Shown: positions 9,964 to 20,570, numbered from the stretch's first letter. The stretch is DNA of 64,000 nucleotides from Nitrosopumilus sp. (GCA_965219345.1 OZ244732.1:1696001-1760000), one strand, 5' to 3'. The notes: generated by a model not told the origin, from the letters alone. Translations and numbers: made by a program.

Positions 9964-11265
9964 TTATTGAAATGGGTCAATAAATGGACAGTTAACAATG
10001 TGGTCACTATCCATTGGACGTGCAATACCAATACCGATCAAGCCAGCTTCTCTGTATGCGTTCATGTCATCTATGGTTTCTAATAATTGTGCTTCATCAG
10101 GATTATCCCATCCTATCATGAAGATTCTCCACATTGGAGAATAGTTAACATCACCAGGAGCTCCTGCAGCTATTCCTGCTTGGAATCCTAATGGACCAGA
10201 ACCAATCAGACCATTTTTGAACTGAAACAAGTCTACTGCTGCTGAATTTGTAATCAAGCTTGCAGATGTTGGTGCACTTACAACACCCATCATTCCTGCA
10301 GGGCCACTTGGAGTAGCATCTGTTACAATGTAATAGATAGTTCTACCATCTGGACCCCATCCACGATGAGCAATGAAAGTTACAGTCATCTCGTCTGTGT
10401 CGATATCAAGAACTTGACCACCACCATATGGTGTTTCATCAGTCAAAGTTTTATCTTCTTTAACCATCATCTGACCTTCAGGCCAAATAATTTGTGGCAT
10501 ATTCAAAACTACATCAAGTTCAGTTAATGTAATTTCTCCGTTGTTAGCTGCTTCCATAATCATTGCGTCTGAATCAAGCACTCTTGATGTTGCACTATCA
10601 TTCCATGTTACGTGAACATGTGAGGTCAATGCACTGTACGTATCTGCTTGTGCAGGAGTACTTGTAAAGACTTCACCTTGGTATCCATGAACACCATCGC
10701 CTTCAATGCCGTTGGTAAACATGTATGTTTTTGAAAGTGCTTCAACAGGAGCATTTGCCAATAAAGGAGCAAGTTCTACTTGCCATCCTTGATTCTCTGT
10801 AATAATTTCTGCATGAGTAGGATCACTAGAATCAGTGATGATGAAATAAACATCTCCACCGTTATAATGTCCTTGATGCAACGGAATATCTGTTGGAACG
10901 TTTGCTCTTGATAATCTAAGTACAGATCCCAAGTCTGCTTCAGTTATTTCTTCCATCATGGTTTCTTCTTCCATAGTCTCTTCCATCATGGTTTCTTCTT
11001 CCATAGTCTCTTCCATCATGGTTTCTTCTTCCATAACTGGTGCTACAGGGGTTGTTTGTCCTCGCTGTTCTTCCCATGCAGCTTTGCCGCCTGGAATTTC
11101 AGAACATAACTGCAATCCACAGACTTTAGTTCGTGAATCAAACTTTGGATTCGAAACGCCTTGACTTTTGTAAGCTTCAGCATCTGTAAAATAATCAGTT
11201 GTCAATCCTGCAGTAAACAAGGGAATGATTGCAAGAAATGCAATATATCTTAGACTCTTATTCAT
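9964..11265 (-). CDS. Secreted protein with duplicated YYIxTD...YSPxW domain and Met/Glu-rich linker
   Basis: Signal peptide, VCGLQLCSE motif, (M)MEEET repeats, two similar domains ending NMPQI / NCPFI. Confidence 0.75.
   Translation of the reverse strand: MNKSLRYIAFLAIIPLFTAGLTTDYFTDAEAYKSQGVSNPKFDSRTKVCGLQLCSEIPGGKAAWEEQRGQTTPVAPVMEEETMMEETMEEETMMEETMEEETMMEEITEADLGSVLRLSRANVPTDIPLHQGHYNGGDVYFIITDSSDPTHAEIITENQGWQVELAPLLANAPVEALSKTYMFTNGIEGDGVHGYQGEVFTSTPAQADTYSALTSHVHVTWNDSATSRVLDSDAMIMEAANNGEITLTELDVVLNMPQIIWPEGQMMVKEDKTLTDETPYGGGQVLDIDTDEMTVTFIAHRGWGPDGRTIYYIVTDATPSGPAGMMGVVSAPTSASLITNSAAVDLFQFKNGLIGSGPLGFQAGIAAGAPGDVNYSPMWRIFMIGWDNPDEAQLLETIDDMNAYREAGLIGIGIARPMDSDHIVNCPFIDPFQ
10951..11035. 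repeat. 30-bp tandem repeat (~2.8 copies) encoding MEEET/MEETM
   Basis: TTCCATCATGGTTTCTTCTTCCATAGTCTC repeated. Confidence 0.9.
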
Positions 11266-11316
11266 TAAATGAAAAATACGATTTTTCTTTAAAAGAATTT
11301 GTCCAAATTAAACAAT

Positions 11317-11940
11317 TTATGCAGAAATCTCTGAGAAACGATTTCCCACATAATCCCAGTTGACAACATTCCACCAGGCATCAATATAATCAGGTCTTTT
11401 GTTTTGGTATTTTAGATAGTATGCATGCTCCCAAACATCCAATCCCAACAAAGGTATTTTTTGAATGGTCCAAGGACTATCCTGATTTGGGGTTGTAATG
11501 ATTTCAATTTTATTAAAAGTTTGATTGAAAACCAACCAACACCAACCACTTCCTTGAATTGCAGTTGCTTTTTCTGAAAAAACTTTCTTAAAATTCTCAA
11601 AGTTATTAAAATAAACATCAATTGAATCTTCCAGTTTTCCACCAGGTTTACTATCATTTTTTGGAGTCATTGTTTCCCAAAATAGTCTATGATTCTCAAA
11701 ACCTCCACCAAAAAAATTGATTGCACTTCGTCCTGATTCAGGGATTGATTTTAAATCGGAGAGAACAGATGAGATATACTGAGGATGTAACGCACTTCCA
11801 ACTTGTTCAAGGGACTTGTTAAGCCCATCAACATATGTTTGATGATGTTTTTGATGATGAATCTTCATCGTTTCTGTATCAATAAATGGTTCTAGTTCAT
11901 TATAGCCATAAGGCAATTTTGGAAGTTGATAATTGACCAT
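11317..11940 (-). CDS. sod: Fe/Mn superoxide dismutase
   Basis: LPKLPY, HHQKHH, GSGWCWL, DVWEHAYY; start taken at MVNYQLP. Confidence 0.95.
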   Translation of the reverse strand: MVNYQLPKLPYGYNELEPFIDTETMKIHHQKHHQTYVDGLNKSLEQVGSALHPQYISSVLSDLKSIPESGRSAINFFGGGFENHRLFWETMTPKNDSKPGGKLEDSIDVYFNNFENFKKVFSEKATAIQGSGWCWLVFNQTFNKIEIITTPNQDSPWTIQKIPLLGLDVWEHAYYLKYQNKRPDYIDAWWNVVNWDYVGNRFSEISA

Positions 11941-12061
11941 AAATCTAACTATTGGAATCCACATATATTCTTCAAGAACAAAAGCCAAATCAAGTATTTA
12001 TTGAAAAAACATTTTTGACAATCATGAAAAAGCTGATAAATCCTAGAGGATAACACAGATC

Positions 12062-12676
12062 ATGAGAAAACTAGGTACTGTTGATTTAGAAGTTTTGAAC
12101 TTGGCAATTGAAAAGAATGGTACGTTTAATGAAAATAGTCTAGAGAATTCAGAGTTGAAGAGACTAGGAGTTGGAAGAATTCTCGATGCCCTTGCCTCAC
12201 TTAAAGACAGAAAACTGGTATCGTTGAATAGTGATGGTTCTTTTTCGATTACAGATCTTGCCAGAGAGATTCTTTGGAGCAATAATGTTCCAACATGGGC
12301 AAAAATATTACGTCTTCTTCAGATAAAGTCTTGCACCATAGAACAGATTGCAGTCATTCTTAGAACATCGGAAGATAAACTAACCAAAGATTTAGAGAAA
12401 TTAAGAAAAAATCAGTTTGTTCTAATGTCACCACAGAGACTAGAAGGCAAACTTGTCAAAGTTTACGAGATATTGCCTGAAGGAGTAGAGAAGATTGACA
12501 AAACAGAGGTGGATGGATTTGACAAGACCAATTTTGATGAACCCAAACAAAAAGTAGAGATTCTCAGTTTAGTTGATGAGATTGTAAAGGAGATTCAAAA
12601 CTTTCAGATGGATCAGTCAAAAAAAGATAGTATTACTGAAAAATTATCTAAATTAAAAGACAGGCTAAAGATTTAG
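12062..12676 (+). CDS. Winged-helix domain protein
   Basis: Two wHTH-like segments (…FSITDLAR…, …VYEILPEG…). Confidence 0.6.
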   Translation: MRKLGTVDLEVLNLAIEKNGTFNENSLENSELKRLGVGRILDALASLKDRKLVSLNSDGSFSITDLAREILWSNNVPTWAKILRLLQIKSCTIEQIAVILRTSEDKLTKDLEKLRKNQFVLMSPQRLEGKLVKVYEILPEGVEKIDKTEVDGFDKTNFDEPKQKVEILSLVDEIVKEIQNFQMDQSKKDSITEKLSKLKDRLKI

Positions 12677-14401
12677 TTATTTTGCTCGAATCTTGTCTTG
12701 TATTTGAGCTAAGATTAGCTCTGCCTTGTTCTTATTTTCAAAGTTGTCAACAGATTCATCCATAATTGTATCAATCTCAAAGCTCTTATCTACCAAGATA
12801 TCGGCAACATGATCATCGAGAGTTCCATTCCCGATCAAGTAGTATGCAAAGACAGTATTTTTCTGACCTATTCTGTGTAATCTATCTTCTGCTTGTCGAT
12901 GTATTGCAGGACTCCAATCAAGTTCTGCAAAGATAACATATTTTGCTCTTGTCAAGTTGATTCCAATATTTCCTGCACGAAGACCGGCAATCATTAGTTT
13001 TGATTCTCCTTTTTGGAATTTATCAATCTGATCTTGTCTAAATGAATCTGTTTGTCCACCAATTATAGAAACAGGGGAAAACTCCTGGAGACTTTCATGA
13101 AGTAGTTTATGAATTACCTTATGATGACAAAACACTACAACACTTTCTTCAATCTCCATAATATTTTTAACAAAATTAATTACATGAGGAAGCTTTGCAA
13201 CGCCTGCAATTTGTCTCTCGCTTTGAATTGCTCGTTGATAAGATGCAGATTTTGAGAATACAGTTTCTGCATCTTTTTGCTCTTCTTCAAGCTTCTTCCA
13301 AATTTTGTCAAGTTCTTCAAGATAGTAATCAGTATCAGATGCAATAACTTCTTTGTAACGAACCTTGTCTTTGAGTTCTTTTAATACATCAGATTTTTTT
13401 CTTCTAAGCATTACATGTTTTTGTAATTCATGTCTAAGCGAGGCTCGTTTGTTTTCTAAAACAATGGCTTTTCCCTTTTCATTTACATAACAAAAGTACT
13501 CACAAAATTCCTTAAAGTTACCAAGCAGTCCTGGCTTTAAGATGTCAATAATTGGCCATATTTCTGAACCACGATTGTAAATCGGAGTACCAGAAAGACC
13601 GATTCTGTACAATACTGATGGAAGTGCTGCAAGTTTTTTGACTGCCTTGTATTTCTGAGTAGTTTTTGACCTTAGATTCTGTACCTCATCACAAACTATT
13701 GTTCTTATTCCAAGTTTTGATAAATCAGAATTTCTCTTGAAAAGCAATTCATAGTTAATTACATAAATATCAGACTTTGGAAGTTGTTTAGATTTTCCAG
13801 TTCGAATAAGTGTAACGCTAGGTGATTCTGATTCTAATATTCGTCCATTTCCACTTTTTTTCTTTAGAAACTTTCCAATCTCTCTCTCCCAGTTAGTTAA
13901 TGTAACTAATGGTGCAACAACAAGTACAGGAAATGTTTGCTTTTCAGTAGCCACATAAGATAATGTCTCGACAGTTTTCCCAAGACCCATCTCATCAGCT
14001 AGTAACGCATTGCCAGAAGATTTTAGTAAAAAGTCTAGTCCTTCTTTTTGGAAATTCAAAAGCTTTCCTCGGAATTGTTTGCCAGCTTTTGCACGTTTTA
14101 GCTTATGTTTAATTGGAGGTAAAACAGGTTTTGGCGCATAAGTCTTAACAATTTTTCTTTGCCATACATATTTTGATAAAATTTCAAGAGGATATCTATC
14201 CATTATTAGTTTGATTTGTTTAATGTTTTCAGTGCTGTCAGGGACGATTACTTCGTTTACATTTTCACCATACCAAGATTCAGAAATTAGCCGTGAGATC
14301 ATACTTACTGCACGATCACCAGAAATTTTCCAACTCCAGATTTTGGAGTACTTGTCAAGAACGTATTCCAATGTACCAATTGTTTCGAGGGATGTTTCCA
14401 T
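12677..14401 (-). CDS. SNF2-family helicase
   Basis: LLADEMGLGKT, DEVQ, LSGTP, QAEDRLHRIGQ. Confidence 0.92.
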   Translation of the reverse strand: METSLETIGTLEYVLDKYSKIWSWKISGDRAVSMISRLISESWYGENVNEVIVPDSTENIKQIKLIMDRYPLEILSKYVWQRKIVKTYAPKPVLPPIKHKLKRAKAGKQFRGKLLNFQKEGLDFLLKSSGNALLADEMGLGKTVETLSYVATEKQTFPVLVVAPLVTLTNWEREIGKFLKKKSGNGRILESESPSVTLIRTGKSKQLPKSDIYVINYELLFKRNSDLSKLGIRTIVCDEVQNLRSKTTQKYKAVKKLAALPSVLYRIGLSGTPIYNRGSEIWPIIDILKPGLLGNFKEFCEYFCYVNEKGKAIVLENKRASLRHELQKHVMLRRKKSDVLKELKDKVRYKEVIASDTDYYLEELDKIWKKLEEEQKDAETVFSKSASYQRAIQSERQIAGVAKLPHVINFVKNIMEIEESVVVFCHHKVIHKLLHESLQEFSPVSIIGGQTDSFRQDQIDKFQKGESKLMIAGLRAGNIGINLTRAKYVIFAELDWSPAIHRQAEDRLHRIGQKNTVFAYYLIGNGTLDDHVADILVDKSFEIDTIMDESVDNFENKNKAELILAQIQDKIRAK

Positions 14402-14604
14402 AATTTGTCGATGTGTTATTTTTTTGCCTTATGAATCTTTCAGGTCATTTTAAATCATTAAAAAATAAATTAAATCTTCACAAGAGTTAAAATATGATAT
14501 GGTTCTATAATATAGGAAAAAATCCCGATGAAGAACGTAGGCTCAAATGATATCAATTCACTATACAAAATAACAAATAACGAATCAATAATGTCACTTT
14601 AGGC

Positions 14605-15027
14605 ATGACAGAACACGGTTTTATGTGGATTTATTTGATATTTTTTCTGATTCCACTGGCAAGAATAATTCCTCGTCTAGTGAGAAAATGGCAAAAAAAA
14701 GATGGAGCTTCATTTACTGAAAACCAGTTTAGTCGAGATAATCCAAGAATGGAACTAAAACAAGAATCATTTGAAACGCCACAAAAGCAAGAATCATCCC
14801 AAAGACCACAAAACATAGAGACGCAAGTTCTAGGAGAGCTAAACAAAGGTACCAAAGATTTCAATAATATTCAAAAAAATCTAGATATTGATAATCAAAA
14901 ATTAGAAAAGATTTTGAAGGATTTAGAGGAACAGGGGTTAATGAAAGTAATCAAGAAAAAAGGATTTACGGGAATTAAAGTTGAACTGTATCCAACAGAT
15001 AAGGGCTTTAAAAAATATTATACATAA
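14605..15027 (+). CDS. Membrane-anchored winged-helix protein
   Basis: N-terminal TM helix, C-terminal LEEQGL...TDKG wHTH. Confidence 0.65.
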   Translation: MTEHGFMWIYLIFFLIPLARIIPRLVRKWQKKDGASFTENQFSRDNPRMELKQESFETPQKQESSQRPQNIETQVLGELNKGTKDFNNIQKNLDIDNQKLEKILKDLEEQGLMKVIKKKGFTGIKVELYPTDKGFKKYYT

Positions 15028-15093
15028 AAAGAATTTCTTTGGATTTTTTTAATCTCAGTATAGGTTTAAAATTCATTACATTTCAGAAAAATT

Positions 15094-15774
15094 ATGGAAT
15101 TCACACAAGATGAAGAACCGAATGTGGAAAAACCGATTGTGATTGCAGCAATGCAAGATATGGGAAATGTTGGGAGTATTGTAGTAAATTTTATCAACGA
15201 TTCTTTAAGAACAGAATTATTCAGAATTGCAAAGACACCACATCCGTCATATGTAGTTGACAGAGGAGGATACATTGATCTTCCAAATGAGAGTTGGGAA
15301 TACAAGTATACAGACGACTTGATAATATTTGGTGGAGGCAAAGGACAACCTCAAGGAAATAGTGAGATAAACGCTTTGTGTCAGGATGTAATTGATGTTG
15401 CAAAAAAATATTCTGCGAAGTTCATCTATACGCTTGGAGGTTTTCACACCAACAGAGTTTTAGACAACAGTCCTAAGACATACATTACAACAACATCCAT
15501 AGAACTAACAAAACAGATGGAAGGACTCAATGTAGAGACAACCCCTCAAAAATCAATAATTACAGGATTCAATGGATTGATTCTAGGGTTTGCAAAAAAA
15601 AATGGGATTCACGGGATAGGCATGTATGGAGAACTAAATGAGCCAGATATTCCACAATATAGAGCGGCAATTAGTATCATCAAAACCCTTGAAAAGTTAA
15701 CCTACAGAAAGTTGGGAGACACAAGTCAGTTAGAAGCTATGGCACAAGAGATTGAAAGAAAATTCAAGAATTAA
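15094..15774 (+). CDS. PAC2-family proteasome assembly chaperone
   Basis: DMGNVG, YTLGG, ITGFNGLILG, GMYGE motifs. Confidence 0.85.
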   Translation: MEFTQDEEPNVEKPIVIAAMQDMGNVGSIVVNFINDSLRTELFRIAKTPHPSYVVDRGGYIDLPNESWEYKYTDDLIIFGGGKGQPQGNSEINALCQDVIDVAKKYSAKFIYTLGGFHTNRVLDNSPKTYITTTSIELTKQMEGLNVETTPQKSIITGFNGLILGFAKKNGIHGIGMYGELNEPDIPQYRAAISIIKTLEKLTYRKLGDTSQLEAMAQEIERKFKN

Positions 15775-15776
15775 GA

Positions 15777-15911
15777 TCAGTGAGATTTTCCAGTTTGGTG
15801 AGGTTCAGTGTTTTCATCATGACAATCACAGGCACATAGATGTGTTTTATGGTTATTCATGCAATCAATACATTCAAAATGTTTTCTTGTCTCACATGCA
15901 GCACAAATCAT
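15777..15911 (-). CDS. Cys/His-rich miniprotein (44 aa, not in ORF track)
   Basis: MICAACETRKHFECIDCMNNHKTHLCACDCHDENTEPHQTGKSH. Confidence 0.55.
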   Translation of the reverse strand: MICAACETRKHFECIDCMNNHKTHLCACDCHDENTEPHQTGKSH

Positions 15912-16056
15912 CTTACTAATAGATGAAAGTAGAAGAATTTGAATTTTTTCTTATTTAAAAAATAAAACTCTACCCAAAAATAAGGAAATTCAAAGCTCAT
16001 GAACGATTGATAAATTCTACGTGCGCCTTATATTCAAAACCACATAATATTATTTC

Positions 16057-16224
16057 ATGAAGATAGACATTCCATTATCCTGTCCATCTTGTGGCGGAAA
16101 AATGTATTCTATTAGTTATGATTCGGCATTTTCATTTCTAAAGAAAAGAAGTTGGCATTTATGCAAAGAATGTAATTTTGAAAGAAATTCTGAAGTTTTT
16201 AAAAAATCCATCTGCTGTGCATAA
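16057..16224 (+). CDS. CPxCG zinc-finger miniprotein (55 aa, not in ORF track)
   Basis: MKIDIPLSCPSCGGKM...LCKECNFER...ICCA, T-rich terminator after it. Confidence 0.65.
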   Translation: MKIDIPLSCPSCGGKMYSISYDSAFSFLKKRSWHLCKECNFERNSEVFKKSICCA

Positions 16225-16280
16225 CAGCATTTTTTATTTTTCTAAACAATTTTTAAGCCATTTTAGGCATTAAAAATGAA

Positions 16281-16616
16281 TTGAAGGTATACCACAAGTC
16301 TACATGCATCACATGTAAAAAAGCAATTACAGAAATGGAGAGAATGAACGCAGATATTGAGAAGCGTGATTTTTTCAAAGACCCACTTTCAGATACAGAA
16401 CTAAAAAAGATCATCAAAATGACAGGAAAAAAGCCATTAGAACTCCTCAGAAAGAGAGACAAAATGTACAAAGAACTAGATTTGGGGAATAACAAAAAGA
16501 CGGATGAACATCTAATCAAATTAATGGTTAAGTATCCAGGACTAATCTTACGTCCTATTGTGATTGTAAAAAACAAGGCGTTTGTTGGAAAGATTGATGT
16601 AAAGAGCCTGAAATGA
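16281..16616 (+). CDS. ArsC/Spx family protein
   Basis: CITCKKA and LILRPI motifs. Confidence 0.88.
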   Translation: MKVYHKSTCITCKKAITEMERMNADIEKRDFFKDPLSDTELKKIIKMTGKKPLELLRKRDKMYKELDLGNNKKTDEHLIKLMVKYPGLILRPIVIVKNKAFVGKIDVKSLK

Positions 16617-16650
16617 AGAAATTGAAATTATTATAAACTAATTTCAATAT

Positions 16651-17715
16651 TTGAGGTCATTGGGTCTAAAGAGATACGCCGCCACAAGAATGATTACAAT
16701 GTTTGGCGTTTTGATGATTACATTATTGATTACAATTGCCCTTGTTGGTTCCAATATGGATACAATACTAAAACAAGGAATTACCTTTCAGGTAAGAACT
16801 GAGATAACAGAGAACCCTGCAATAGCTGAAAGCTTTTCATCAGTTGGGGAATTTGAAGCCTTTGTTCAGAATCAGATAGACCAGAGGATCAAAGTTTTAG
16901 GGCTAGACGAACCGTGGTATTCTCCTCAAAGAATAGGCCTTACAATGTACAAGATAATGCTGCTTGATTTTGGACATGCAACATTTCTAATTAGTGACGC
17001 AGGTTCTTCCGATGTAAAGGACATCATTTTTGAAAAACTTCCAAGAACAATTCTTCTTTTTACAACAGCTACAATAATCATCTCAGTCATAGGAATATTT
17101 CTTGGAGCACTATCTAGCAATAAGGTGGGCTCTCTTATTGATAGAGTTACATCAAGTTTTGCAATAATTAGTTCTAGTTTTCCTGTATGGTGGATAGGAA
17201 TGTTAATGATATTCCTGTTTGCATTTACTTGGCAGATATTTCCAGCTAGGGCAACTCCAGATATCCCATCATCAGATCCAGGATACATTGGGGCACTGTT
17301 GTATCACATGACATTGCCGTTAATTACAATTGTAATGATTGGTTTTGGCTCATGGGCTTACTTGGTAAGAAATTTCATGGTTGGAATCATGCAAGAAGAC
17401 TTCATCATGGCAAAAAAGACCATTGGGATCAAGCAAAATAGGATAATCTATACTCATGCTTTAAAAAATGCAGCCCCCCCGATAATAACAATTTTGGCAC
17501 TTAGTTTATCAGGATCTCTTGGCGGTGCAATTATCACGGAAGCGGTATTTGACTGGCCAGGGATGGGAAGACTGTACTTTGAGGCAATCACAGTAATGGA
17601 CCTTCCAATAATTATTGGTGCAACATACATTCTAACAGTATTCTTCCTTGTCAGCATATTCATTGCAGACTTGCTTTATGGCTATTTTGATCCAAGAGTG
17701 AGGACAGGTCAATGA
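16651..17715 (+). CDS. Peptide/nickel ABC transporter permease (DppB-like)
   Basis: ITEAVFDWPGMG, DLLYGYFDPRVR. Confidence 0.9.
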   Translation: MRSLGLKRYAATRMITMFGVLMITLLITIALVGSNMDTILKQGITFQVRTEITENPAIAESFSSVGEFEAFVQNQIDQRIKVLGLDEPWYSPQRIGLTMYKIMLLDFGHATFLISDAGSSDVKDIIFEKLPRTILLFTTATIIISVIGIFLGALSSNKVGSLIDRVTSSFAIISSSFPVWWIGMLMIFLFAFTWQIFPARATPDIPSSDPGYIGALLYHMTLPLITIVMIGFGSWAYLVRNFMVGIMQEDFIMAKKTIGIKQNRIIYTHALKNAAPPIITILALSLSGSLGGAIITEAVFDWPGMGRLYFEAITVMDLPIIIGATYILTVFFLVSIFIADLLYGYFDPRVRTGQ

Positions 17716-19079
17716 GTAGCATATCGCCTCAAGAAATAAAACAAGAATTTCTTAAAAGCAGGATGGGCATTGCAGGCATCACAATTCTTGCAATTCTTGT
17801 TGCAACATCAATAATTTCCATTATTGCTATTCCAGTTGAGACTTTTCAAGAATGGAATAACCCCGGTAGTTGGATTTCATATCCAAAAGTTGCAATTCCA
17901 GTTTGGGTAAACCTCATAATAACAGAAAAAATTCCAGAGCATAAAATTTTAGAGACTCCAAACATTCAAACAAATTCAAGAGGAGAAATTTCACTCACAT
18001 CGCATCAGTTTGGAGTGAATTTTGATTATGACGATTTTCCAAATGATTTCATATACGAGTTTTCATCAGAATATTCCGGTTCTCCTTTACTGAAAATGAC
18101 AGTAATTAGACCTGATGGCATTAAACTTGAATTGTTATCAACATCTCTTCCATTCTCAAATTCAAAAACTAGTCACAGTGAGAGAATTTTTTCAACAGAT
18201 GGAGCTATAAAGAAAAACTTGTCATTGCAATCGGAACTATTTGCATTTACATTTGATAGACTATCAGCTGAAGATATTGTTTTTTCCAAAACACAAACAA
18301 ATGAACCTCTAAAAGGGAATTATATTTTTTCAGTAGATGTATATTCAGTAAATTCTGAAGCTCAGATTCCCGAATCAAAATTAATCATTGGAGGTAAAGC
18401 TTTTGGAATAATGGGTACTGATGAGTTAAGACGTGATTTAGCAGTAGGATTGTTGTGGGGAACACCACTTGCATTATTCATTGGCCTTGTTGTTGCAATT
18501 GCATCAGTGATTATGGGATTGCTCTATGGGATCTATGCAGGATTCAAGGGTAAGAAAACTGACGAGACAATGATGAGATTCAATGATGTAATCTATGCAT
18601 TGCCAGCACTTCCGTTTCTCATCATACTTTCAGTGACAATTAGCAATAGCATATTTGTATTGGTGGGATTTTTGATGATTTTTGGTTGGGTAGGAATTGC
18701 AAAAGTGGCAAGAAGTATGTCACTTCAAATCAAGACTCGAGGCTATGTAGATGCTGCAAACATGATGGGTCAAAAAGATTCCAAAATAATTCTCAGGCAT
18801 ATCTTGCCACAACTATTGCCTTATGCATTTGCAAGCATTGCAATATCTGTTCCAGCTGCAATCACCACCGAGGCGGGTCTTAGTTTTCTTGGACTTGGGG
18901 ATCCGTCATTTCCAACATGGGGACAGATCTTACATGACGCTAATATTTTTGGTGCAGCAGCAAGGGGATTATGGTGGTGGATAATGCCGCCAGGAGTAAT
19001 GATTGCGATAACAGGTCTTGCATTTGTCTTTATTGGGAATGCACTTGATGTAATAGTAAATCCAAAGTTAAAACGATAA
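17712..19079 (+). CDS. Peptide/nickel ABC transporter permease (DppC-like)
   Basis: GTDELRRD, RHILPQ, EAGLSFLGLG, WWWIMPPG. Confidence 0.9.
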   Translation: MSSISPQEIKQEFLKSRMGIAGITILAILVATSIISIIAIPVETFQEWNNPGSWISYPKVAIPVWVNLIITEKIPEHKILETPNIQTNSRGEISLTSHQFGVNFDYDDFPNDFIYEFSSEYSGSPLLKMTVIRPDGIKLELLSTSLPFSNSKTSHSERIFSTDGAIKKNLSLQSELFAFTFDRLSAEDIVFSKTQTNEPLKGNYIFSVDVYSVNSEAQIPESKLIIGGKAFGIMGTDELRRDLAVGLLWGTPLALFIGLVVAIASVIMGLLYGIYAGFKGKKTDETMMRFNDVIYALPALPFLIILSVTISNSIFVLVGFLMIFGWVGIAKVARSMSLQIKTRGYVDAANMMGQKDSKIILRHILPQLLPYAFASIAISVPAAITTEAGLSFLGLGDPSFPTWGQILHDANIFGAAARGLWWWIMPPGVMIAITGLAFVFIGNALDVIVNPKLKR

Positions 19080-19084
19080 TAAAA

Positions 19085-19402
19085 CTAGAGGTCAAATTTT
19101 CGAATTAATTCAATAGCACTATCATTCAATTTGATTGAATAACATGATGAATTTTCATCCTTTAATGCAGCCAAATTATTAGCAAATACTTTTTTGCTGT
19201 GACCGTCTTCAGATGCTTTGTCTGATTCATCAAAGCAAATGGACATTTGTTTCATATTTAGATCATTTTTTAGAAGAAAGGCAATGAATTTTTTATAATT
19301 TTCAGTATCAAACCAGTCTATGTTTTTTTCTTTACTTGCTCCAATCCATATCTCAATAGAGTTTTGGTATAGTACTTTTTTTCTTAATTCTTCTAATGCC
19401 AT
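19085..19402 (-). CDS. Hypothetical protein
   Basis: 105-aa ORF. Confidence 0.6.
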   Translation of the reverse strand: MALEELRKKVLYQNSIEIWIGASKEKNIDWFDTENYKKFIAFLLKNDLNMKQMSICFDESDKASEDGHSKKVFANNLAALKDENSSCYSIKLNDSAIELIRKFDL

Positions 19403-19414
19403 TTTCTTTCACAA

Positions 19415-19738
19415 TTAAAAATCAGCACGTTGCATTTTTGATCCACAACGTGGACAAGTACCGCCATTGTGTTTGCTGTTACAAACAAGGCAGACATATC
19501 TAACTTTACTTGAGCCTCTTGATGAACCAAGTCCAAAAAATCCACCACCTCTTGTTTCAGAATCACCGCCATAACCACGCATACGATTCATGTATCGTCT
19601 TCTTAGAATTAATGGAAATGCAATAAAGATTGCCAGTGCAGCAGCTAATCCAATTCCACCGGGAAGGGCATACTGCAACCCAATACTGATAGCAAGGGAT
19701 GCGCCTAGAAAAAGTAAATAGGTTTTGTAATTGAACAA
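19415..19738 (-). CDS. Membrane protein with C-terminal zinc ribbon
   Basis: Two TM helices, CLVC...CPRCGS. Confidence 0.7.
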   Translation of the reverse strand: MFNYKTYLLFLGASLAISIGLQYALPGGIGLAAALAIFIAFPLILRRRYMNRMRGYGGDSETRGGGFFGLGSSRGSSKVRYVCLVCNSKHNGGTCPRCGSKMQRADF

Positions 19739-19844
19739 TTCATTAAAAGTATCTTAAAAAAAGGTTATAAAGCTTACACCAAGAAACTGCCAAAGCCACA
19801 ATTCCTCGACAACTCATTAGTTACTGATTTTCCAAGGAGTTTCT

Positions 19845-20265
19845 ATGATGTCTAGAACACGAAACAATCTCAATGTTATCAAAGACGACAAAGACATTCA
19901 CGGGATTGAAAGAGACATAGAAAATGTTCTCAAAGCTCTAGAAAATGACCTGAATGCTGGAAATTGGGCACTAATTAATAGATATTTCAAGGTCCTAAAT
20001 GCTTCGGGACGGTAGAACAGCGATCAGAAAGACGCTAAGAGAGCTACACAAAGTTGATGAAATCATTAATCACGCAAATTTTGAGACAATGACAAAAGAT
20101 GATGTTGATGATTTCCTCTTTGAGGTTGGATGCAGATATCCAGCCAAAAAGAAAGACTGTTCCTATCACAATACTGTCCAAGACTTTTAGATTTTCATGA
20201 GATGGGTTATCTTAGGAGATAGAAGATTCAAGACAGTTGGGAGTCCTGACATTACAAAACACATT
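19845..20265 (+). pseudogene. N-terminal remnant of a thaumarchaeal tyrosine integrase (frameshifted, truncated by a MITE)
   Basis: Spliced frames give DIHGIERDIE...MTKDDVDDFLF...IFMRWVILGDRRFKTVGSPDITK, resembling archaeal integrase N-domains; no catalytic domain. Confidence 0.6.
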
Positions 20266-20570
20266 AGACTTTATGCGTAATCGCACTTGCAAATTTTTTT
20301 TTTTTTTGTGGCGCAGGCCGTGCCAAGCCTGTCTGTACCCGTTGCCCACAGGCCATCCTCAAGTTCCAGCCGCTCGCGGAGAGAGCTGACTGCCTTGCTG
20401 TGCTTGCTGACTTCCCTGTCCTTCTGCCTGATCGTCTTGGCATTCTCTTTGAGCTCCCTTTGCAGCCTTCGTATGGTCTGTTCGGGGGACTCCATTGCAT
20501 GTGGCGGCGATCAAGGCGGATCTAAATCTTTCGAAAAATTTGCAAGTGGCGATTACGCATAAAGTCTAAT
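20263..20570. mobile_element. ~308-bp non-autonomous IS derivative (MITE) with ~36-bp terminal inverted repeats
   Basis: ATTAGACTTTATGCGTAATCGC(C)ACTTGCAAATTTTT at both ends in inverted orientation; GC-rich interior with 74-aa coiled-coil ORF 20271-20495(-). Confidence 0.88.
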
